Program-made: the position numbers and the translations under genes
In this document: piece by piece, positions 1 to 12,128 of the stretch
Layout: the number at the start of each line of letters is the position of its first letter
Numbering within the stretch: the first letter of the stretch is position 1
Assembly (NCBI GenBank): GCA_030295235.1
Contig: AP026120.1
Span: 1-64,000 of the forward strand
Direction of reading: 5' to 3'
Length of the DNA stretch: 64,000 nucleotides
Source: Fistulifera solaris
Taxonomy: Eukaryota
The notes under the pieces: generated by a model
What the model was told of the DNA's origin: nothing
The model's database searches: none
What the model saw: only the letters and a program-made list of their open reading frames with translations

Positions 1-756
1 ATCACGGATAAAAACATAATATCTATTCCTTCTTTGAAAAACTTGTTTTTCTCATATTTTCTAAGTCTAACTAAATTTTTCTTTAATGCTTTTATATTTT
101 TTCGTAATTTCTTGCTTAATTTCAGCATTGATTGGTTTTATTACCAAAGAAAAGTTTATTTTTGTTTAGTAAATAAAGATAGACTTTCAAAAATTTAGTT
201 AAAAGTATTAGAATTAAAAGATGAAATATTATCGTATTTTTTAGATACATTATAATTTGCAAAATATTTTAAAATCGAGCTCTTGTAGCTGATGGTATTC
301 TTTTAAACCGAGTAATCTATTTTTAGCTATTTTCGAACTTGGTAAGATTGTACCATTTGGCTGTAATTCAGAATTATTTTCTTGATATTTTTCTAAAGCT
401 TTTCTATAAAAATTACGTTTTCTTGTATGATTTATTAATTTAACGTAGTCTGTTGAATATTTTACTTTTTAGGTAGAAACTTTATTTTTCGATCTTCATG
501 AATTACGTTTTTAATAATAGAATTAGCTTTTAACGTCGAAAATAAGATACAAAAATATAAAGTGTGCTATTAAAAACTCAATTTTAAATCATGAACACTA
601 AGACCATATGAATTAAAAATTGCTTTATAAAGTTTTCTATTTCTATATTTTGAAATTGTAGATAGGAGATTCTAAAGATTTTTTTCAATGTATTTAGCTT
701 TTGGAAGCGTATGTTTTATCTATTCTAAGTATAATAGGATTAGCTTTTCTGCCCAT
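1..756 (-). CDS. rps3: ribosomal protein S3, 5' part (truncated by window edge, homopolymer frameshifts)
   Basis: Near-identical to intact copy at 43003-44088. Confidence 0.85.
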
Positions 757-1015
757 TTTTTTATTTTTTTGATTTTTTTTTAAAAACAAATTTGGCCCGT
801 GTAGGTACAAATTCTCCAAACTTATGTCCAATCATAGAATCAGTAACTGATATATCTATATATTTTTTCCATTATACACTTGAAAGTCTAACCCAACAAA
901 TTTTGGTATTATTTCAGAGTTTTTAGACATAAAATATATATTTTTCTTTGGATTAGCTTTTTAAGTTTAAGTATTTTGGATCGATGTAAGGTCCTTTCCA
1001 TTTAGATCTACTCAT
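740..1015 (-). CDS. rps19: ribosomal protein S19 (frameshifted copy)
   Basis: [10 protein letters not shown] start; matches 44072-44350. Confidence 0.9.
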
Positions 1016-1812
1016 TTATTTTTTATTATTGCTTTATTTTTAGATTTGCTTGTTTTACCTTTCTTATTATTTTTTCCCAAGGTGTTTTATCTTTTCCAGA
1101 TTTTTTCCTTCACCACCTCCATGTGGGTGATCAATAGGATTCATTGCTACACCTCGTACGGTTGGCCTATTGTTTAGCCAACGTGACCTACCGGCTTTTC
1201 AAGTTTTGTCAAAAGGTAAGTTCATTTGAAACGATTCCGATAGTTGCATAGCACTGCGGTGATATAAATCGCGTTTCACCAGAACTAAGTTCAATCTTGG
1301 CGTATTTAAATGTTTTTCTTTTAATTTTGAAAAAGTTCCGGCAGCTCTGCTAATCTGAGCAGGTTTTGATACTGTTGGTGATATGTTATGAATATAGCTT
1401 CCAACAGGTATATTTGAAATTGGTAAAGAGTGACCGATTTTTGGCTCTGCTTTTAAGCCAGATTTTACTATATCTCCTATTTTTAAATCATTGGGAGCTA
1501 GTATATAAAAAAAATTTTTTTGTTCGGTATCGTATATTGAAGCAATGCTTGCACTTCTGTTAGGGTCGTATTCGATACTTGTGGTGATTCCTACGGAATG
1601 ATTAGTTCGATAAAAATTTATAGTTCTATATTTTCGTTTATGCCCCCACCTTTATGGTTTACGGTAATTTTACCAGAATTGTTTCTACCAAATGACCGTT
1701 TTATTGATTTTTATGTGTTTTTTTAAAAAAGGTTTCTTATCTAGATGTTTTTATCTAACTGTACTAAATGTCTTTGAGAAGAAGTTGTAAGCTTTTCAGT
1801 TTTAAAATTCAT
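1008..1812 (-). CDS. rpl2: ribosomal protein L2 (frameshifted copy)
   Basis: Matches 44343-45155; [17 protein letters not shown]. Confidence 0.9.
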
Positions 1813-1838
1813 TTACTATTTTATTTTTTAATTTTAGA

Positions 1839-2386
1839 ATGAGTGAAAAAATTATACTAAATTTTTGATTTAAACAAATTTTGCGATTTATTAATTTAAA
1901 AAAACAATATCTTAAACAGCTAAAAATAAAGAAAAATTCTTATCTCATATGAAAGAAAAGAATTACAAGTATTTAAATAGTTCTTTAACTAATAATACTA
2001 GACAGCCATTAAACTCTATGGATAATTTGATAACTTATGTTATCGATTTAAAGTTTTCAAGATCCAATACGCTTTTGCACGTCATGGACTTTTCTGGAAA
2101 ATTGAAATTCTTTTACTCAGCAGGGTCTGTTAAGTATTCAGGTAAAAATAAAAAATCTCGATACATGATTTTTAGAGATTTGTACCGTATATTAGTTTCA
2201 AAGTTAGCATTCTTAAAAGGAAAACCTGTAGCTTTACATTTAACTAATGTCGGTATAAATAAAACCTGGATAGTTAAAAAGTTAAAAACGATTTTTCATA
2301 AAATGTGTCAAAACATTTAATTTACACCCTCATAATGGGTGTAGAAAGCGAAAGATGCGACGTAAAAATTTAAGAAAAAGAAATAA
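1839..2386 (+). CDS. rps11: ribosomal protein S11 (frameshifted copy)
   Basis: SNT motif and PHNGCR; matches 45182-45736. Confidence 0.88.
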
Positions 2387-2419
2387 AGTCTACAAATTTG
2401 TGTTTAGACTTGAAATCAC

Positions 2420-2502
2420 GAAGAAATGGCTGAGCGGTTTAAAGCGGCAGACTGTAAATCTGTTGAGTTTTCTCATCGTAGGTTCGAATCCTGCTTTCTT
2501 CA
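2420..2502 (+). tRNA. trnY: tRNA-Tyr(GUA)
   Basis: Cloverleaf, CTGTAAA loop, long variable arm, GTTCGAATC. Confidence 0.95.
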
Positions 2503-2507
2503 GTTTT

Positions 2508-2579
2508 CGAAATATAACGCAGCGGTAGCGTGTCTGCTTTGGGAGCAGAAAGTCATGTGTTCGAATCACATTATTTCGA
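2508..2579 (+). tRNA. trnP: tRNA-Pro(UGG)
   Basis: Cloverleaf, TTTGGGA loop. Confidence 0.95.
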
Positions 2580-3030
2580 TAAATTATTTAAAATATGAGA
2601 TTTTATATTGGTCAACTTAAATTGATATAATAACAATTTACTTTCCCGATATTTTAATGAATTTGCATATTTAACTTGGTTTAAAGAATAAACATTTTTA
2701 TTCATCTTTAGAGCTAAAAATACAAATGATTCTAGACTTAATAATTTTTTTTTTAGATATAGTTAGGTTTTGTTATTTTTGCTGCTAGGTTTTATAAAAA
2801 CTGTAAGACCGTTTACTAATGGTTCAATGTTTTGATAAACTGAATTTTTCAAAAGATTTTTGAAGTTTTATTAAAAATTTTGGAATACGAAAGATTTAGT
2901 TTTTTAGTTCTTGTTCTGTTCTGGTCCCGTCAGTAGAATTTTGATTTATACTGTTGAAAAAAGAATAAATCACTAGTCTTTATATAATTTTTGTTTTTAG
3001 AATTTTATAATTCTTTAAAGTAAGCTCCAT
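2571..3030 (-). CDS. rpl10: conserved ~154 aa ORF, probable ribosomal protein L10 (frameshifted)
   Basis: MELTLKNYK...KIFNKT...LVNGLTVFI; position matches the conserved diatom ORF next to trnP. Confidence 0.6.
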
Positions 3031-3053
3031 AAATTTTTATATATACAAATAAT

Positions 3054-3125
3054 TAGGCTTAGTAGGATTCGAACCTACGACTAAACCGTTATGAGCGGTA
3101 CGTTCTACCACTGAACTATAAGCCT
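3054..3125 (-). tRNA. trnI: tRNA-Ile(CAU), lysidine type
   Basis: Anticodon CAT; AGGCTTA acceptor and ACCGCTCATAACGGT arm resemble organellar trnI(CAU). Confidence 0.85.
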
Positions 3126-3165
3126 TCCGTAATTTTAAATTCTACAACACAACATATAATTAAAA

Positions 3166-3313
3166 ATGAGAAATATTAGTTTTAGACAAGTTATTATTGT
3201 GATATTGGTTTTTTTCTTCTATTTGGAGATTTTTTAATTTAAAAAAAAGGTCACAGTTTATTTAAACGATTTTAAAAATTACTTAAATAAAAAAACAGGA
3301 AAAAAGGACTTGA
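3166..3313 (+). CDS. tatA: twin-arginine translocase subunit A (frameshifted copy)
   Basis: MRNISFRQVIIVILVFFLLFGD; intact at 46521-46673. Confidence 0.8.
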
Positions 3314-3367
3314 ACCTTTGTCTTTTGGTTTTGGAAACCAACGCTCTACCAACTGAACTATTCTCCT
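3296..3367 (-). tRNA. trnW: tRNA-Trp(CCA)
   Basis: Cloverleaf, TTCCAAA loop. Confidence 0.93.
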
Positions 3368-3380
3368 TTTATTAAAAAAT

Positions 3381-4078
3381 ATGAAAAAATATATAATCGA
3401 GTTAAAAATAGAGTTTTTTGTTACTTTTAACATCTTTATCCATGCTTATAGTTGGTTACACCTATAAAGAAAATTTATTATTTTTATTTTTAGAATCAGA
3501 AATTTTCACAAGAAATGAATTTCACACTGACTATTTTATTTTTACAGATGTTTCTGAAGTCTTTCTTGTTTATATTCAGCTTATCCTATTTTTAAATTTT
3601 CAAGTGACGTTAGTGTATTTTTTTACCATACTTTCGTTTTTACTAGCGGTGGGCTTTTTAAAAAGAATATTATTACTTTCGTTACATTTTGAAAGTATTA
3701 ATTTTTGTTTGGCTTCTTTCTATATGCATTTCTAAATATATTTTTATACCTATCATGAGAGATTTTTCTTTAATTTTCAAAATTTTAGTAGTATAAATTT
3801 ACATTTTGAAGCTAAATTAAATCAATATTTTGATTTTTATGTGAAATTCTACTATATGTTCATTTTTATTGTCAAATTTTTACGTTATTGTTTTTTGATG
3901 GACTATGCTAATACAAATATTAGAATGATAAAAAGTTTCGTAAACTTTATTATTATTTTTTATATTGTTTTCAACATTTATTAGTCCCCCAGATATCTTT
4001 AATCAAATTTTTATAAGTTTCTTTTTAATAATCCTTTACGAATTCTTTATATTTCGCTTCGTATTCAGATCCTTATAA
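3381..4078 (+). CDS. tatC: twin-arginine translocase subunit C (frameshifted copy)
   Basis: ELKNR and SPPD motifs; intact at 46741-47448. Confidence 0.88.
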
Positions 4079-4083
4079 CATTT

Positions 4084-5064
4084 TTAATTAGGTAACCAAT
4101 TAAAACTGATTAATATTCCCACAGTAAATAATAAATACCCCAAGGTTAAAGGTAAAAACACTTCCATCCTAAGAACATAAGTTGGTCATATCTGTATCTT
4201 GGTAAAGTTGCTCTTGTAACAATAAAGAAAGTAGCTCCAATAATAATTTTCAGACTTAACCATATAGGACCTGGAATAATGTTAAAAAAAATATATCTAA
4301 AGGCGGTAACCAACCACCTAGGAATAATATAGCTGAAAGAGTACTCATAAGAAGCATGTTAGCATATTCACCAAGAAAAAATAAAGCAAAAGTCATTGCT
4401 GAATATTCTACATTATATCCTGAAACTAGCTCTGCTTCTGCTTCTGGTAAATCAAACGGGTGTCGATTGGTTTCTGCTAACATTGAAACATAAAAAATGA
4501 TAAAAATAGGTAATAATGGAAAAATAAACCAAATTTTTTTTGTGCTAATACGATAGTGCTTAGATTAAAAGAGCCTGCACAAATAACAACACTTAAAACA
4601 GTAAACCCTATAGATATTTCATAAGATATCATTTGAGCTGCAGATCTTAACGCCCCTAAATAAGCATATTTCGAGTTACTTGACCAGCCTGCAAAAGAAT
4701 ACCATAAACGTTTAATGATGAAATAGCAAATAGGTATAATATACCTAAATTGATGTCACAAAGAACTGCACCTTCAGAAAAGGTATAACAGACCAACCTA
4801 TTAAGCTCAATATGAAAGATAAAGAAGGAGCTAATAAAAAATACCTGTATTGGCACTTGCTGGTAGTGTTGTTTCTTTTGCAAATAATTTTAGGCCATCA
4901 GCTAATGGCTGTAGTAAACCTATAAAACCTACAACGTTAGGTCCTCTACGTCTTTGGATAGAACCCATAATTTTCCGTTCTGCGATAGTAAAATAAGCAA
5001 CGGCGATTAACAATGGAACAACAATACTAAGAATTTTTAAAATAGTAATTAATATTAAGATCAT
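4084..5064 (-). CDS. nad1: NADH dehydrogenase subunit 1 (frameshifted)
   Basis: [35 protein letters not shown]. Confidence 0.95.
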
Positions 5065-5073
5065 GGATTTTTT

Positions 5074-5148
5074 AAGCTAAAACCGGATTTGAACCGATAT
5101 TTTAAGATTTGCAATCTAACACATTAACCTGATTTATGTTATTTAGCC
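5074..5148 (-). tRNA. trnC: tRNA-Cys(GCA)
   Basis: Cloverleaf, TTGCAAA loop. Confidence 0.92.
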
Positions 5149-5159
5149 TTTTTAGAGTT

Positions 5160-5245
5160 AGGATAAGGTGGGATTCGAACCCACGGTATTTGTTCAATAC
5201 AATAGTTTTCAAAACTAACGCCTTAAACCACTCGACCACTTATCC
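5160..5245 (-). tRNA. trnS: tRNA-Ser(UGA)
   Basis: TTTGAAA loop, long variable arm. Confidence 0.93.
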
Positions 5246-5252
5246 ATAAAGA

Positions 5253-5325
5253 AGCAAGTAAAGGGATTCGAACCCTTATCTTTAATCTTGGCAAGATTAC
5301 ACTCTACCAATTGAGTTATACCTGC
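5253..5325 (-). tRNA. trnG: tRNA-Gly(GCC)
   Basis: TTGCCAA loop. Confidence 0.93.
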
Positions 5326-5328
5326 TTT

Positions 5329-5868
5329 TTATTTCTTTTCAAATGGTATCTTTATTGAATTAAAAATAAATTGTAGTTCTTCTTTTTTTTTTGATGTCAT
5401 TACTATTGTTACATGTAAATTCCGTAAATTGTTAAATAAATAATAATTTTCTTCTAATTCTTGGAAACTAAATGTATCGACTAATTCGTACGAAAAAATA
5501 TTTTCTTTCATTTTTTACTAGTTTTTAATCCTTCAAAATTTTTAACTTAGGAAAAATGTCTATCAGCATTTTAGTTAGAAATGCAAAGCTTTTCTTCTTT
5601 CTCAGTGTCACTTTACAACCTACAGGATGTCCTTTTCTAATTTTCAATAAAACATTATTGTGTTTTGTTAGAGTTAGAGTACTTTTTGGTTTGTAATTAA
5701 CTCTAACGCTAACGCACTAGTTGACAAGGTTTTTAAATCACTTGTTTTACATCCAAAGTTTAAAATAATTTTTTCTATTTGTGGTATTGTTTTTGTGTTT
5801 TTGTATAAAAACTTATTAATTAAATCATATTTTAAAGTTTTAGAATAAAATTTTTCTATAAAGTTCAT
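5329..5868 (-). CDS. rpl5: ribosomal protein L5 (frameshifted copy)
   Basis: Matches 48704-49246. Confidence 0.88.
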
Positions 5869-5876
5869 TTTAGTTT

Positions 5877-6255
5877 TTAGATTAATCCAGAAGACATACT
5901 TATAAATTTTTGAAATTTTTTCTTTTTTAATAATTTGGGTAGAGGTCCAATAATTCTTGTACTAACAGGATTCTCTTGTTTATTTACTAATACTACAGAA
6001 TTTTCGCCAAACCATATTTGTGAACCATCCTTTTTTTGTGAGGAACTTTTGTTCTGATTATTAATGCTTTATAAACTTCTCCCTTTTTAACTTTTGATGT
6101 TTTTTTTGATTTATTTCTAAGTTGTTGTACTGAGACTATGATATTGTCTCCTAATTTAGCATATTTTTTCTAAATCCACCTAAGACTCTTATACATCTGA
6201 CAGTTTTAGCTCCTGAATTATCAGAAACTTTTAAAATAGTTTGCTGTTGAATCAT
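5877..6255 (-). CDS. rpl14: ribosomal protein L14 (frameshifted copy)
   Basis: [17 protein letters not shown]. Confidence 0.92.
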
Positions 6256-6267
6256 GATTGATTATTT

Positions 6268-6341
6268 GCACTTATAGCTCAATTGGATAGAGCGTTGGAT
6301 TTCGGTCCCAAAGGTTATAGGTTCAACTCCTATTAAGTGTA
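6268..6341 (+). tRNA. trnR: tRNA-Arg(UCG)
   Basis: TTTCGGT loop. Confidence 0.9.
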
Positions 6342-6361
6342 TTATTATACTTTAAAATAAA

Positions 6362-6808
6362 CTACTTCCATCTATAGTATCTGAAAAAATGTTTTTAGCT
6401 AAAACATTTTTCTGTAATTCGCTCTTGGTTTTTACACTCTCTCCTTTGTTTTTGGAGCAAATCAAGATTTCTTTTGATAGACTTTGACTTTGACTAAAAT
6501 ATTCAATATTTTTTTTTGAATTCTTTAGAATAAATTTTAGCGCCAGAGAAATTCTAGATGTTCTAGTTTTTAAAAATCCAGGTATCTCTCGAAACCTGTT
6601 ATTTTTACTTTTTTTCTTTTTTTTTAATTTAATTTTATGAAGTTTAAAAATGGGAGTTGAATGAATTAACGCTAATTGAAAAACTTTACTAAAGCGTTTT
6701 GTTGAGTTTTTTTGTAATTCCTTTACGCTTTTTAATAAATTTTTCTCACTAGTTTCTTTTTTTACCATTTAATGTTAAATGATTAATTAATTTGGTTTTT
6801 ATTTTCAT
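6362..6808 (-). CDS. rps7: ribosomal protein S7 (frameshifted)
   Basis: [17 protein letters not shown]-terminal FFRYYRWK. Confidence 0.85.
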
Positions 6809-7200
6809 TTAGTTTTATTATAAAAATCTTTTTTAGGTTTTTTTGTACCATATTTAGATCTCGATGTTTTTCGGTCTTTCAATCCTGCAAAATCTAGCTT
6901 TCCTCTCACCAAATGATATTTTACTCCAGGTAAATCTTTCACACGGCCTCCTCTCATTAATACGGTTGAGTACTCTTGAAGATTATGCCCTTCGCCTGGT
7001 ATATATGCATATACTCTTTTTTGGTTGGATAATCGTAATTTTGTTAATTTACGTAAGGCTGAATTTGGTTTTCTAGGAGTTCTGAAAACAAGTTTTGTAC
7101 AAATTCCTTTTTTTTGTGGACACCCTTCTAGTGCAGGTGTTTTATTTAATTTTTTCTAGGTTTTCTTTTTATTTTTTAAAAGTTGATTATAAGTAGGCAT
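6805..7200 (-). CDS. rps12: ribosomal protein S12 (frameshifted)
   Basis: [26 protein letters not shown] stop overlaps rps7 ATG. Confidence 0.93.
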
Positions 7201-7217
7201 ATCAATAAAATTTTATT

Positions 7218-7299
7218 TACCAAAAGGGGACTCGAACCCCTACTCTTCAGAAGAACTAGAACCTAAACCTAGCATGTCTACCAATTCCATCATTTTGGC
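7218..7299 (-). tRNA. trnL: tRNA-Leu(UAG)
   Basis: TTTAGGT loop, long variable arm. Confidence 0.92.
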
Positions 7300-7326
7300 A
7301 AAACGATTTTTTTTTTACAAAAATTT

Positions 7327-7411
7327 TACTCGTTATCGGACTTGAACCGATACTCTTTATAGAAGAATCAGATTTTAAGTCTGACGTGTCTACCAATTCC
7401 ACCAAACGAGC
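7327..7411 (-). tRNA. trnL: tRNA-Leu(UAA)
   Basis: CTTAAAA loop, long variable arm. Confidence 0.93.
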
Positions 7412-7434
7412 ATTCATATCTTTACGTAAATTTC

Positions 7435-7636
7435 ATGGCACAGCTTGATTCTTTAATTATTTTGCCTCTTCTTTGGTCTTTATTGGTTGTTTTAGTTATT
7501 TATTATAAAATATCTATTGAGAGCTTACTTCCTTCATTTTTTGGTGTTAAAAATTTCGAGAAAAAAATTAGGATCACCAAATTTTTACTCGTTTAAAAGT
7601 AGCTTGAAATTTAAAAATTCATATAATAGTTTTTAA
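7435..7636 (+). CDS. atp8: ATP synthase subunit 8 (frameshifted in A-runs)
   Basis: MAQLD N-terminus (MPQLD family motif), one TM helix, then LP..F..KKFR. Confidence 0.8.
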
Positions 7637-7663
7637 GAAAAATTATATACAAATTTAATAATA

Positions 7664-7736
7664 GGGGGTATAACTTAATTGGTAGAGTGTATGCTTTGCA
7701 AGCATAAAGTTATCGGTTCGAGTCCGATTATCTCCA
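7664..7736 (+). tRNA. trnA: tRNA-Ala(UGC)
   Basis: TTTGCAA loop, G3:U70. Confidence 0.95.
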
Positions 7737-7770
7737 TAATCTATATTAATGTATAATATTTTATTTAGTT

Positions 7771-7842
7771 CTCTTCAGGCCGGATTTGAACCAACGTCCA
7801 GGTGGTTAACAGCCACTTGCTCTACCGCTGAGCTACTGAAGA
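7771..7842 (-). tRNA. trnN: tRNA-Asn(GUU)
   Basis: CTGTTAA loop. Confidence 0.95.
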
Positions 7843-7847
7843 AAAAT

Positions 7848-8565
7848 TTATTGTTTATTTAAATCAACAAGAATTTTTCTAAATTTAAGTTAAACAGAAA
7901 TAAAGTAGAAGTATTAAGATTTTTATATCACCGAAAACGATTTGCATTGTTTTATAATTAATAATCAAATGTTTCGGTGGTATTGGCCAATGGATAGCTT
8001 TTCTAATATTTGATTCAAATTGTTTATAGTATTTCGGTTCGATTGAAATTAAATCACCTTTGTTTAAATTATAAGATTTACTCTTCACAATTTTGTTGTT
8101 TACTAAAACGCGTCCATGTGAAATAAATTGTTGCGCGTTTCTAACACTGTGACAAAATTTAGATCTATATAAAACTAGATCTAGCCGTTTTTCGAGTAGT
8201 TCTATGAAAACTTTATTAATATTTTTATTTTTTTTATTTTTAGCCTTTAAAATGCTGCCCTTTAAAATTCTTTTTTGTGTATTACCTAAAAAAAGTTTTA
8301 AAGCCTTATAAGCTTGAAGTGTGTTTTTAAAATTCTTTTTATAAGCTGTGTATCTATTAGGATGTTTTGAAACAACATACAAATCTTGGTTATTAGGTTT
8401 AAATTTTCGGTACCATTTTAATTTTCCTTTGTAAAAATGAATAAATTTACCCCATTTTTTTTTGTCAAATTTCAGGACCTTTTTTTTATTTAACACATTT
8501 TCCCTAAGATTTATAAGTTTTTTATATAAAGGCTTGAATTTTGTATTTCTTTTTTTAAAAATCAT
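7848..8565 (-). CDS. rps4: ribosomal protein S4
   Basis: LEKRLDLVLYR...AQQFISHGRVLVN. Confidence 0.93.
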
Positions 8566-8577
8566 TTTAATTAGTTG

Positions 8578-9288
8578 TTAGATCTTTTAATTATTTTCTT
8601 ATAACTTTTTTAGGTAGTTTTTTATAATTCTCTTTAATAGATTTTTTGTTAGGTTTTTTCATTACAACTTTGTAATGAGTTTTGACCATTTTGTTAGAAC
8701 CTTTTCTTAAAGTTGAAATTAGTAATGAGTAAAATAAATTATTTCTTGTTTTTTTATTCACAAATTTAAAATTACCAGGTACTTTGTAACTAGGTTTATT
8801 AAAACAGATGTTTAAATTTGTGTTTAGCATTATAACAGGAATTCTAGCAACGTAACCCTCATTTAATACGTCATTACTATTATCTGAGTTATTAATTACA
8901 ATTACTAAATCAATATTTTTTTTTAATTGAAATAAAAGTTCTGATATTTGATTTTTTGTGGTGTTTTTATTTTTTAATAAATTTGAAAAATTTGTATTCT
9001 TATTACTTATAGCTCCATTTAGCCATACCGAATTAGGAATAAAAATATGTTTAGTATTTTTAATTAATTCTTGTAGTTTTAAAGTTATATTAAAGGGTAG
9101 CCCAACAAATAAAATTCTTTTATTAAATACATTGTATTTATAAATTAAATAACAAATTTTTTTAATCGATACTCTATATCTTCAATTTTGATATTTTCTA
9201 AGTATTGCTCTTTAGTATAAATTTTAGTTTGTATCAATTTAAGTTTTACTAGTTTATTTCTACGTTGTTGTATTCTTTTTATTTTCAT
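8578..9288 (-). CDS. rps2: ribosomal protein S2 (frameshifted copy)
   Basis: ILFVG, WLNGAISN, IPVI..NTN, YKVPGN. Confidence 0.85.
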
Positions 9289-9323
9289 AGAATTGTTTTT
9301 TAGATAACTTTTTGTTTTTATAT

Positions 9324-9903
9324 TTATACTTTTTTACCTTCTTTTATATTAATTTTCTCATTCTCATATAAAATACCCTTTCCTTTATATGGTTCTGGTT
9401 TTTTATACGATCTAATTAGTGCTGCTGTTTGAGTTATATTTTGATAGGAATTTCCATATATAAATAATTTTATTCTTTTTAAACAAAAAATCTTGGCTTC
9501 TTCATTTATTTTAAAAAAGATTGGGTGACTATAGCCTAATCTAAACATCAGTAATCTATTTTCAAAATTATCTACATCAAAAGTTCTGTATCCAATACCA
9601 ACAAATTTTAGTTTTTGATATAATAAATATGAAGTTTCTAGAATGACTTGTTTAATGAGTGCTGCAGTAGTTCCTTTTAGAGCATTAATATTTTTTTTTT
9701 TGTTTGTTTGATATTTTTGAGCAAGGCTCTGAGCTTACTACAATTGTTTTTTGGTCTTCACTTACAAATACCTTCAATTCTAGTTTTAAAGATTTTCTTT
9801 TCAGAGGGCCTATGACCGTAAGTATGTTTTTATCAGACAAATATAAAATTGTAATGTGACTTGGTATTTTAATTATATATTTATTATTATGTGTTTTTTC
9901 CAT
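9324..9903 (-). CDS. rpl6: ribosomal protein L6 (frameshifted)
   Basis: LGYSHP, PEPYKGKGI. Confidence 0.92.
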
Positions 9904-9919
9904 AGATCAGTAGATTTTT

Positions 9920-10296
9920 TTACTTTATAATTATATATGGCTCACCTCCTATTTTTAATTTTTTACAATTATTAATTGATTGTAATCCTTTGTTTGTTGA
10001 AAATATAATAAAAGACTTTGTTGAATCTATTTTCCAAATTTGTTTTATTGAATAATAAACACGACGGCTAGGCTTAGATATCGATTTTATAGAATTGATA
10101 GCAGGACTGCCATTTTTATATTTTAGAAATATTTTAATTTTATTAGGGGACAAAACGTAACCAAGAATAAAACCTTCATCCCAAAGAATTTTTAAAAAAG
10201 ATTCACATATTTTTTTCCTTTCGTTATAGACAAAGTTTCTTCGAGAAAGTTGACCTTTTTGATAGTATCAAACATACAATATAGATGATTTTTCAT
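9920..10296 (-). CDS. rps8: ribosomal protein S8
   Basis: LWDEGFI, ISKPSRRVY, STNKG, IGGE. Confidence 0.92.
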
Positions 10297-10310
10297 TCTA
10301 AATTTATTTT

Positions 10311-10383
10311 TGTCTAGAGGCAGGTTTGAACTGCCGACACAAGGATTTTCAGTCCTTTGCTCTACCAACTGAGCTATCTAAAC
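10311..10383 (-). tRNA. trnF: tRNA-Phe(GAA)
   Basis: CTGAAAA loop. Confidence 0.95.
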
Positions 10384-10386
10384 TTT

Positions 10387-10905
10387 TTAAGAATTATTTA
10401 TAATTAACTCTCCATATACATCAAACACTTTTAACATATTTAATGTCTGTATTTGTTTAGTAGAAAATTGAGTTAAATTATTAGCTCGTTTTTGTTAAGT
10501 TCCACAGATTGATTTAGTTTTTTGTATAATTTCTTATTTTAAAATTATTTGGGTGAAACATCGATATTTCTAAACTTTTTTCTTTTTTTTTTATTCAAAG
10601 AAAGTTTAATTTTAAGTTTTAAATCTGATAAAATTTTTTCTTTAATGTTTTTCAAGAAAAATACATTTTTAAATTTATTAAAATTATAACTTGATAATTG
10701 TCTAGAAAACATATGACTCTCAAACTGTTCTTGAGCTTTTTTGTTTACATGTGGTGATTTTAAAATTGTTAAAATACGCCTTTTTGTTTTTTTTCTTAAA
10801 ATGCTTTTTTAGACCAGATTTTTTAAAATCATTTAATAAAAATAAAAAAGCATTGTTTAAGGAATTCTTATTTTTTGAAGAAAATGTTATATGATAAGCT
10901 TTCAT
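10387..10905 (-). CDS. rps10: ribosomal protein S10 (frameshifted)
   Basis: After a frameshift reads TILKSPHVNKKAQEQFE. Confidence 0.85.
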
Positions 10906-10928
10906 AAAAGTTTAATTATTGAAAATTA

Positions 10929-11697
10929 TTAACTTCCGTCTTGGATATAAATACAAGTTAAAATAACAAATACATAAGTTTGAATTAAAGCTACTCCCAA
11001 TTCTAAACCAAATAATATAACAACGATAACCATTGGTAAAATTAGTCCTAAAGAAGTTAAATTCTCAAGTAGTAACATACTCCAAGCAAAACCTATAATA
11101 ACTTTTAATAAGCTATGTCCAGCCATTAAATTAATAAATAATCGCATACCTAAACTAATAGGTCGAGCAATATAAGAAATAAATTCAATAGGAACTAAAA
11201 TTAAAGCTAAAAAGAAACTACTGTTTGCTGGAAGGAATAACGCAAATCCTTGCATTTTATACTTTTCAAAAGTCATAATAGTAATTCCAATGAAAATTGA
11301 AAATGATAAAGTAAAAGTAACAATTACGTGACTAGTTGCTGTAAAAGTATAAGGTATTAAACCAATCAAATTACTGAATAAAATGAAATTAAACACTACA
11401 GAGATAATTGGAACATATTTTTGGTTATCTGTAGTGATTATATCAGAAATTAATTGAGCAGATGCTTCTGAAATACCCTCAATTGTTTTTTTGCCATGCG
11501 TTTGGATTAAAATAAATTGATGTTTTTTGAAAAGAGCTGGCTTCTACTCTTGCGCTGCTTAAATAAATAAGGCTTGAAAAAATAGTTAAAGCTAATATGT
11601 TAATTAATAAAAAGTTTGTTATTGAAAAGTCTAAGTTTAAAAATTTAATATTTACTAATGATAATATTTGAAATTGTTCTAATGGAGCTTTTAGCAT
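10929..11697 (-). CDS. atp6: ATP synthase subunit a (frameshifted)
   Basis: PLEQF start; RPISLGMRLFINLMAGH. Confidence 0.95.
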
Positions 11698-11729
11698 TTA
11701 TGATAATAATTATATATGTAAAATATATA

Positions 11730-11794
11730 TTGAAATAAAAGGATTCGAACCTTTAGCATACCCTCTTATCACATCTTGTGATAAGATTATTTCA
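11730..11794 (-). ncRNA. tRNA-like element (t-element 1) between rps14 and atp6
   Basis: TGAAATA/TATTTCA acceptor, AAAGG-TTCGAAT-CCTTT T-arm, 10-bp hairpin in place of D/anticodon arms. Confidence 0.7.
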
Positions 11795-11828
11795 ATTATA
11801 CGTGTAGTTTCATAGCAAAAAAAGAAGT

Positions 11829-12126
11829 TTACCAACTAGATTTTTTCATTCCATTTATTTTACCTAGTCGAATCAATTTTAACAGAACATGTCTTGAAAA
11901 ATTAGTATTTTTATTAAATCTTTTTTGTTTATAGTTGCGACACATCGATTTGAAAATTTAGTTTTATTATTAGTTGTGGATAATAAATTCAATTTTAGAT
12001 ACGCATTCCATCGTACTAAAGTAAAAAAATTTGAGTTTTTGTAAATAGATTTTAATATTAAATATTTTTTTCTATCTCAGAAAATTGTGATCTTAATTTT
12101 TTATCTTTTGCAAATAATTTTTTCAT
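11829..12126 (-). CDS. rps14: ribosomal protein S14 (frameshifted copy)
   Basis: KDKKLR, NRCV, GMKKSSW. Confidence 0.9.
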
Positions 12127-12128
12127 GC

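Noticed and set aside
1366..1563. Short antisense ORFs (1366, 6864, 8958, 18104, 43352, 44708, 45460, 48123, 48933, 52342)
   Set aside because: Shadow frames opposite well-supported genes
2426..2620. ORFs running through tRNAs (also 45654-45971 and the 5' extensions of rps8 and nad4L)
   Set aside because: They are translations of tRNA genes
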